Shown here in pieces: positions 58,436 to 64,000 of a stretch of 64,000 bases of DNA. The position numbers were made by a program, and so were the translations under genes. Position 1 is the first letter of the stretch. Each line of letters begins with the position of its first letter. The DNA comes from Candidatus Latescibacterota bacterium (GTDB lineage Bacteria; Latescibacterota; UBA2968; GCA-2709665), in assembly GCA_965208835.1 (NCBI GenBank), contig OZ242358.1, positions 2,208,001 to 2,272,000 on the forward strand, written 5' to 3'. The notes beneath the pieces were generated by a model. It did no database searches. It had not been told where the DNA came from and worked only from the letters and a program-made list of their open reading frames with translations.

Positions 58436-59299
58436 ATGGCGAACCTGATGGCGTGGGATGGCCTCGATCGCGCGGTCGATGCGGCGATAGCGGAGGACGT
58501 GGGCGACGGCGATATTTCAACCGCCTGGACCGTGCGCCCGAACGTGCGGGCACGAGCCCTGCTAATTGCCAGGGCGCCAGGCGTGATCGCCGGTCTCGCG
58601 GTGGCCGAACGGGTATTTCAACGGGTCGATTCCCGAATACGGGTGACACCTCGGACCGTGGATGGCGCGCGCGTCGAAGGCGAAGATGCGGTGGCGGAGG
58701 TCGCCGGCCCGGCGCGTGGCATCCTGACGGCGGAGCGGACGGCGTTGAACTTCCTGCAGCGCATGTCCGGAATCGCAACGATCACGTCGGCCTACGTGGC
58801 CGCCGTTGAAGGGACGGGCGCCAGAATTCTGGATACCCGGAAGACTGCGCCCGGCCTCCGTATGCTGGACAAGCTCGCGGTCGTCGCCGGGGGAGGAACC
58901 AACCATCGAATCGGACTCCACGACATGGTGCTGCTGAAGGATAACCACATCGAGGCGGCGGACGGAATCGGACCGGCGGTGGCGGCGGTGAAATCGGCGA
59001 TGGCCCGGGACCGCAGACGGGTGACGATCGAAGTGGAGGTGAAGACGCTTCGCGAACTGGACGACGCGCTTGTCGCGGGAGTGGATCGAGTGATGCTGGA
59101 CAATATGGATCTGCAGACCACACGCCTAGCGGTGGAGCGGGCGAGGTCTCTCGGGCCGGAAGGCCTCCTGCTGGAAGCATCCGGCAATGTCACACTCGAA
59201 ACGGTTCGAGCCGTGGCAGAAACGGGCGTGGATCTCATCTCCGTTGGAGCGTTGACGCATTCGCCGCCCGCCATGGATCTGAGCCTGATGTTCCAATGA
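58436..59299 (+). CDS. nadC: Quinolinate phosphoribosyltransferase
   Basis: ERTALNFLQRMSGIAT, DTRKT, KDNH, IEVEV, MLDN, EASG. Confidence 0.96.
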   Translation: MANLMAWDGLDRAVDAAIAEDVGDGDISTAWTVRPNVRARALLIARAPGVIAGLAVAERVFQRVDSRIRVTPRTVDGARVEGEDAVAEVAGPARGILTAERTALNFLQRMSGIATITSAYVAAVEGTGARILDTRKTAPGLRMLDKLAVVAGGGTNHRIGLHDMVLLKDNHIEAADGIGPAVAAVKSAMARDRRRVTIEVEVKTLRELDDALVAGVDRVMLDNMDLQTTRLAVERARSLGPEGLLLEASGNVTLETVRAVAETGVDLISVGALTHSPPAMDLSLMFQ

Positions 59300-60330
59300 G
59301 CGGAAAACGGCCGTGCAATCCGTCGGGCGCATCAGTCCGTACCGATGGCTTGGAAACCCCGATTGCGTATCGGGTTCTCGAGGCGCTGGGTGGAAGACGG
59401 GCAGCGTACGTTCGCGTTCCGGATATCGCCGATGCGCTCTCCTGCAAGCACGATGACGTCTGCGGCGCAATAGGCGCGATACGCCGCCTCGGCTATCCCG
59501 TCTCGGTTCGTTCCGGTGCGCGTATTCGACTGGACACCCAGACCGATGTGATCGTCCGGAGCGACCTTCTGGGACGACTCGGGACCCGTGCGCTGGGCCG
59601 TTCTCCCGTCTGCTTTCTGGAGCTCGATTCGACGAATGCCCTGGCGATCCGGGCCGCTCTGGCCGGTGCGTCGCACGGCACGGTGGTCCTTGCGGAACAT
59701 CAGAAGGCGGGGCGGGGTCGCCTGGGCAGAACGTGGTTTTCGCCGCCAGGCGCGGGGCTCTGGTTCTCACTGATACTCCGTTACGAATTGACGGCTGCAC
59801 GCGCCTGGATGCTTACGCTCGGTGCGGCCGTCGCTCTCGCCGACGCCGTGGAGGCTTTGACAGGCGTACATCCAGACGTCAAGTGGCCGAACGACCTGTA
59901 CCTGAACGATCGCAAGCTGGCGGGCATCCTTACCGAGGTGCGCGGCGGCGGCGACAGACTGGACTTCGCCGTTCTCGGCATCGGCATAAACGTCAACCAG
60001 GAGGAGGCCGACTTTCCCGCGGGCCTGCGGGATACCGCGACTTCCCTCCGGTGCGGTACGGCTCGAACATACGATCGGACGGCGCTTCTGGCGGAAGCGT
60101 TGCGGTCGCTGGAACACGTTTACGCGGGCCTGGATGCCGAGAGCATAAGGGGACGGTGGGCGGGTAAAGCCCGGATGCTGGGCAAACCGGTTTGCATCCA
60201 TACGGATGCGGGCCCGGTTCGGGGTGTGGCGGAGGACGTCGGATCCGACGGCGCGCTCCTGGTTCGGGGCGCGGACGGCGGGCTCCGGAGGGTCCTGGCC
60301 GGCGACGTGGGCGGCGATGCGAAGGTCTAG
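59296..60330 (+). CDS. birA: Bifunctional biotin--[acetyl-CoA carboxylase] ligase with N-terminal HTH
   Basis: DSTN, QKAGRGRLGRTW, KWPND, KLAGIL, GIGINV. Confidence 0.94.
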   Translation: MSGKRPCNPSGASVRTDGLETPIAYRVLEALGGRRAAYVRVPDIADALSCKHDDVCGAIGAIRRLGYPVSVRSGARIRLDTQTDVIVRSDLLGRLGTRALGRSPVCFLELDSTNALAIRAALAGASHGTVVLAEHQKAGRGRLGRTWFSPPGAGLWFSLILRYELTAARAWMLTLGAAVALADAVEALTGVHPDVKWPNDLYLNDRKLAGILTEVRGGGDRLDFAVLGIGINVNQEEADFPAGLRDTATSLRCGTARTYDRTALLAEALRSLEHVYAGLDAESIRGRWAGKARMLGKPVCIHTDAGPVRGVAEDVGSDGALLVRGADGGLRRVLAGDVGGDAKV

Positions 60331-60393
60331 AGGTCCTTCACGACGGGGCCTTAATCAACCGTTCAAGTTTTTCGGACAGCACGCCAAACCTGA

Positions 60394-61161
60394 ATGTTTC
60401 TCACACTTGACATCGGGAATTCCAGTATCGGCTGCGCCGTGTTTGAAGGCGAGGACATGCGGACTCGCTGGCGCATGGACACGGACGCGCGGATTGACAG
60501 CGCCGGGTACTCAACGCGCCTTGGCGACGTGCTGGAAGGTGCGGGCATAGGGGTTCGTGCGCTGGATGGGGCCATTGCGTCTTCGGTGGTCAGGCATATG
60601 GCGGATGTATTGGGCAGTGCCGTCCGGTCGCTGGCGGGGTGTGATCTCATCGAGGCCGATCCCCGGACCGATCCCGGGATCGACGTCGCCGTGGAGAAGC
60701 CCGAGGCGGTTGGCGTCGACCGGCTTCTGGCTGCCGGATCCGCGTTCAGGCAGGTCGGCGGTTCCGTCATCGTGGTTGACGTCGGCACAGCCCTTACCGT
60801 CGACCTGGTTTCCGCCTCAGGTTGTTTTATGGGCGGCACGATCTCGCCGGGGCTGAAGGCCATGACGAGAGTACTTGCGTCGGATACCAGTCTGCTGCCG
60901 GAAGTGAGACTCGAAGCGCCCGCGTCGGCGGTGGGGCGCGACACGCCGGAGTGTATACGTGCGGGGGTCGTGTTCGGCGCGGCCGGAGCGGTGGATCGCG
61001 TGGTCGAAGAGCTGACCGACGCAACGGACGGAGCGCCGAGTGTCGTACTCACAGGCGGAGACGCACCGGTCCTTTCGCCCTATCTCAAATCGCCGCACCA
61101 TTCCGAACCCGACCTGGTGCTGCGCGGACTGGCATACGCGTTCCTTAAGCGCCGTCAATGA
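60394..61161 (+). CDS. coaX: Type III pantothenate kinase
   Basis: LDIGNS, SSVV, VGVDR, VVDVGTA, TGGDA. Confidence 0.94.
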   Translation: MFLTLDIGNSSIGCAVFEGEDMRTRWRMDTDARIDSAGYSTRLGDVLEGAGIGVRALDGAIASSVVRHMADVLGSAVRSLAGCDLIEADPRTDPGIDVAVEKPEAVGVDRLLAAGSAFRQVGGSVIVVDVGTALTVDLVSASGCFMGGTISPGLKAMTRVLASDTSLLPEVRLEAPASAVGRDTPECIRAGVVFGAAGAVDRVVEELTDATDGAPSVVLTGGDAPVLSPYLKSPHHSEPDLVLRGLAYAFLKRRQ

Positions 61162-61184
61162 ACGCGGGGTGGCGGTTGGAAAGA

Positions 61185-61224
61185 AGAAAATCCCGCTGGC
61201 CGAAAAGCCTTGGGCGGGATTTCT
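61185..61224. terminator. Probable bidirectional terminator between convergent genes
   Basis: AGAAAATCCCGC...GCGGGATTTCT. Confidence 0.55.
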
Positions 61225-61264
61225 ACGTACAGGCGCGCTGTTGCGGGCCGTTTTCTGCGTCCGG

Positions 61265-62104
61265 TTACGTATTCTCGTTACCGCTCGTTTCCCGGGCGGC
61301 CGACTCGACCATGGATTTCAGCGTTCTCAGGTTACGTTCCGCGGTTGACAACGCGTCTTCCATGGGAGGCGTCTCGAATACGAGCGGGCCCGAGTATCCC
61401 ACCTCGTTCAACGCCTTGAGACATCCGTCCAGATCGATCTCACCCTCCCCGACGTAACAGGGCGTCCGGTCTGTTCGCGGGTCTTTTATGTGGACCTGTA
61501 CAATCCGGTCCGTCAGACAGTGGATATCGGCAACCGGGTTACTGCCCAGCGTCTGCGCATTGCCAACGTCGAAGTAGGCGCCAACGTACGGATTGTCCAC
61601 CGCATCGATCAGTTCCATCATCTGTTCACCGGTCACGACGTGACTGCGTCCCACGTTCTCCAGGCCGATGTGGATGCCCTGACCGGCCGCCTGTGAAGCA
61701 ACGGCACGGGTTTCGTATGCCCAGCGATGGGCGGCCTCGCGTGGGGGCAGTCCCAGCGGATTCGTGACCGGAATGAGTATGGTTCTGATGCCCAGGACGT
61801 TACAGGCGTGAATGGCCTGGAACACGATCTGTTTGGCCATGAAGCGGTTCGCCACGTCCGGGTCGGCAAAGGTAAAATGCCAAAACGTGTGCAGACACAC
61901 GGAGAAGACGGGAACGCCCGCCGATTCGGCACGCTGCCCCAGGGCTTCGATATTGTCGTCGCTCCAGAGGTCGGAAGCGCGATACGTGCTTGCCCGGACG
62001 CCCAGTTCAACGCCATCGTAACCGAGCGCCTTCGCTCTGGGGAACACATTCACCCAGTCCGACTGGATTACGTCTTCCAGAATTCCGAATTTGAAACGGT
62101 CCAT
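61265..62104 (-). CDS. Sugar phosphate isomerase/epimerase (TIM barrel)
   Basis: GYDGVEL, GLENV, YFDVGN, VHIKD, GEGEID, VFE. Confidence 0.9.
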   Translation of the reverse strand: MDRFKFGILEDVIQSDWVNVFPRAKALGYDGVELGVRASTYRASDLWSDDNIEALGQRAESAGVPVFSVCLHTFWHFTFADPDVANRFMAKQIVFQAIHACNVLGIRTILIPVTNPLGLPPREAAHRWAYETRAVASQAAGQGIHIGLENVGRSHVVTGEQMMELIDAVDNPYVGAYFDVGNAQTLGSNPVADIHCLTDRIVQVHIKDPRTDRTPCYVGEGEIDLDGCLKALNEVGYSGPLVFETPPMEDALSTAERNLRTLKSMVESAARETSGNENT

Positions 62105-62220
62105 TTACTTCCTTCCGGAAATCGACAGTAACGGTTGATCAGGATTCTCGTCTTTCCGCATCCCTCGCGAAAATGACGTCAGATCGGATCCGGAAACCGG
62201 ATTCCACTGCGTCCGGCTAA

Positions 62221-62379
62221 CAGTCCGTTGAGAAAGTCGCTCTGCAGGCGAGGCCGAGCCATTGTGGCCGAAGACAAGGCGCGCGACCGAGTCCCATCCT
62301 GCGATTCGGCGAGGGAGCGCAACGCAGTATTCGACCGCAATGGCCGGCCGTAGCCCGGATGGGCTTTTTCGACGGGCTG
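62221..62379 (+). mobile_element. MITE-like family B copy (full length)
   Basis: TIRs CAGTCCGTTGAGAAAG / CTTTTTCGACGGGCTG; CTAA duplicated at 62217-62220 and 62380-62383. Confidence 0.9.
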
Positions 62380-62381
62380 CT

Positions 62382-62410
62382 AAAGTAAAAAAGGTCAGGG
62401 GTCCTGTCAA
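62382..62410 (-). promoter_or_regulatory. Sigma70-type promoter firing into the family B element
   Basis: TTGACA-17 nt-TACTTT on the minus strand; the -10 overlaps the TSD. Confidence 0.6.
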
Positions 62411-62500
62411 CCGGATCGTTTATTCACGCAGGCGAATTATTCCCTGTTTCTTTTTCGGCCGGCCGGTGGATCGAATGGCATCGAGACGCCGTCATTCGGA

Positions 62501-62529
62501 TTGACATCGGGTTGTGGTCGGGGTATTAT
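62501..62529 (+). promoter_or_regulatory. Sigma70-type promoter
   Basis: TTGACA-17 nt-TATTAT. Confidence 0.7.
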
Positions 62530-62555
62530 GGTCCGATTGTCGAGGAGGCTGTACG

Positions 62556-63332
62556 ATGAAGACAGCACTGTGCACGATTGCCTTTAAGGACCGGCCGTTC
62601 GAGGACGTCCTGGACCTTGCGGTCCAGGCCGGTTTCGACGGTGTCGAGCCGTGGGGAAAACCCCACCATATGCCCGCATCGTATAACGCGGAGGAAAACC
62701 GGCGGATCGCCCGGTCCATTCGGGAACGAGGGCTGGAGGTATCGCAGTACGGATCGTACATCAATCCTGTCTCGGCGGGATTTGAAAGGGAGATGGCGGA
62801 AGGGCTGGATACCGCATCGGATCTGGGTGCGAACAGGATCCGGGTCTGGGCAGGGTCCTGCGGTTCGGATGAGGCGACGGACGTGGACTGGCGGAACGCG
62901 GTCTCGGGATTCCGCCGGTTTGCCGACCGCGCCGGTGAACGGGGCATGAGCCTGGTACTGGAGATGCACCTGGGATATCTGTCAGACACCGCCGACGGTA
63001 GCCTGCGCCTGGTGGAGGGCGTGGCCCGGCCTAATTTCCTGCTGAATTTCCAGCCGATGTACACGGACAACGCCCGCCGCGTCATTGCGGTGGCGCGGCA
63101 GGTGGCGCCGCACGTGGCAACCGTACATGCGCAGAATTATGTTTCTGCGGGGCGAAACGCACGTAGCCTGATATCAGAGGGTTACGTGGACTACCGTGCG
63201 GTCGTCAGGGAACTCTCCGCAGCGGGTTTCGACGGATTTTTAGAAGTCGAATTTGTCCGGGATGACGATCCCGGGGCCGCACTGATGGCGGATGCCGGGT
63301 TCCTGCGCGGGTTGTGTGAGACAGCTTATTGA
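62556..63332 (+). CDS. Sugar phosphate isomerase/epimerase (TIM barrel)
   Basis: GFDGVEPW, YGSY, IRVWAG, LEMH, VHAQN, EVEF; GGAGG RBS. Confidence 0.88.
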   Translation: MKTALCTIAFKDRPFEDVLDLAVQAGFDGVEPWGKPHHMPASYNAEENRRIARSIRERGLEVSQYGSYINPVSAGFEREMAEGLDTASDLGANRIRVWAGSCGSDEATDVDWRNAVSGFRRFADRAGERGMSLVLEMHLGYLSDTADGSLRLVEGVARPNFLLNFQPMYTDNARRVIAVARQVAPHVATVHAQNYVSAGRNARSLISEGYVDYRAVVRELSAAGFDGFLEVEFVRDDDPGAALMADAGFLRGLCETAY

Positions 63333-63362
63333 CCATCAACCTATGGAACGGGAGGTCGGACA

Positions 63363-64000
63363 ATGGAACTGCTGCTGGTGTTTCTTGTATTCATGGCGGT
63401 CCTTGTAACGGTGAATTCGGCGCATGCCGAAGGTCGGCCGAGTTATACGATCTATCGCGCCGGAACTCCGGTAACGGTTGACGGACGGCTGGACGAACCG
63501 GCGTGGGTGGCCGCACCCGACGTGGGCGCGTTCGTCTTCCCGTGGTACAGCGACGGAAAGCGGGAGCAGACGGTGGCTAAAATGCTCTGGGACGATACCA
63601 GTCTGTACGTTTCGTATATCTGTGAAGACGCCCATATATGGGCGGACCACACCGAGCGCAACAGCGAAGTGTACGATGACGATTGCGTGGAGGTGTTTAC
63701 CGCCCCGGATCCGGACCGGCCGCACGTCTATTTCAATATAGAGATGAATGTTCTGAGCATCTTCCTGGACCGGTTCAATCCCAGGGGCGCCGGTGTGGTC
63801 GACGACACGGGGTGGCGGGCGCAAGGCATTCAGGTTTCAACGTTTGTCTGCGGCACGCTGAACGACGACGAGGATAGTGATTCGTACTGGGTCCTCGAAG
63901 CTGCCATACCGTTTGAGAACTTCGCCGACGTCGCGAAGAACACGCCGCCGGCGCCAGGCGACGTCTGGCACCTGAACCTGAACCGGCTGGGCGGCAGGAC
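63363..64000 (+). CDS. Secreted CBM9-like (DOMON) protein, 3'-truncated by window edge
   Basis: Read manually: signal MELLLVFLVFMAVLVTVNSAHA, then VDGRLDEPAW, LWDDTSLY, DDCVEVF, YFNIEMN; GGAGG RBS. Confidence 0.82.
   Translation, partial: MELLLVFLVFMAVLVTVNSAHAEGRPSYTIYRAGTPVTVDGRLDEPAWVAAPDVGAFVFPWYSDGKREQTVAKMLWDDTSLYVSYICEDAHIWADHTERNSEVYDDDCVEVFTAPDPDRPHVYFNIEMNVLSIFLDRFNPRGAGVVDDTGWRAQGIQVSTFVCGTLNDDEDSDSYWVLEAAIPFENFADVAKNTPPAPGDVWHLNLNRLGGR

Noticed and set aside
58436-61161. nadC-birA-coaX cluster as a novel cofactor operon
   Set aside because: This arrangement is common and already known
1747-62383. Repeats as a CRISPR array
   Set aside because: Copies are 100-210 bp, dispersed and intergenic, with no regular spacers and no cas genes
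1-64000. tRNA, rRNA, tmRNA, prophage, integrase or transposase genes
   Set aside because: None recognised by eye; a covariance-model scan would be needed to exclude small RNAs formally

Overview
GC-rich bacterial chromosomal segment with about 54 genes. A paired DFDxSGxVDFxDFLxF dockerin/EF-hand-like tail, an RpoD-type sigma lacking region 1.1 and many sugar isomerases, heparinase-like and PhyH genes suggest an FCB-superphylum organism such as Ca. Latescibacterota (inference only). Housekeeping genes (valS, PBP1A, secDF, polyprenyl synthase, xth, prmC-prfA-rpmE-rho, HU, ssb, prmA, uvrB, nadC-birA-coaX) are interleaved with carbohydrate-catabolic genes. I found no rRNA, tRNA, CRISPR array, prophage or transposase. 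Most notable: (1) a complete sigma54 enhancer-promoter (two identical dyads 32 bp apart, an AT tract and a -24/-12 box) linking a PAS kinase/NtrC-type pair to a PTS EIIA gene and an RpoD-family sigma, i.e. a putative sigma54-to-sigma70 cascade; (2) about 14 copies of three MITE-like hairpin families with target-site duplications, one nested in another, covarying terminal repeats and frequent placement at stop codons; (3) back-to-back promoters driving an atypical GlnR-like regulator (with a structured leader or sRNA) and a DksA/TraR zinc-finger gene pair; (4) a duplicated DUF3179 lipoprotein/outer-membrane locus with a Cys-to-Ser paralogue; (5) an orphan Helicase_C_3-WYL protein. Many start codons were moved downstream of the ORF-track starts using RBS and promoter evidence. 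All family assignments are by motif recognition, not database search.
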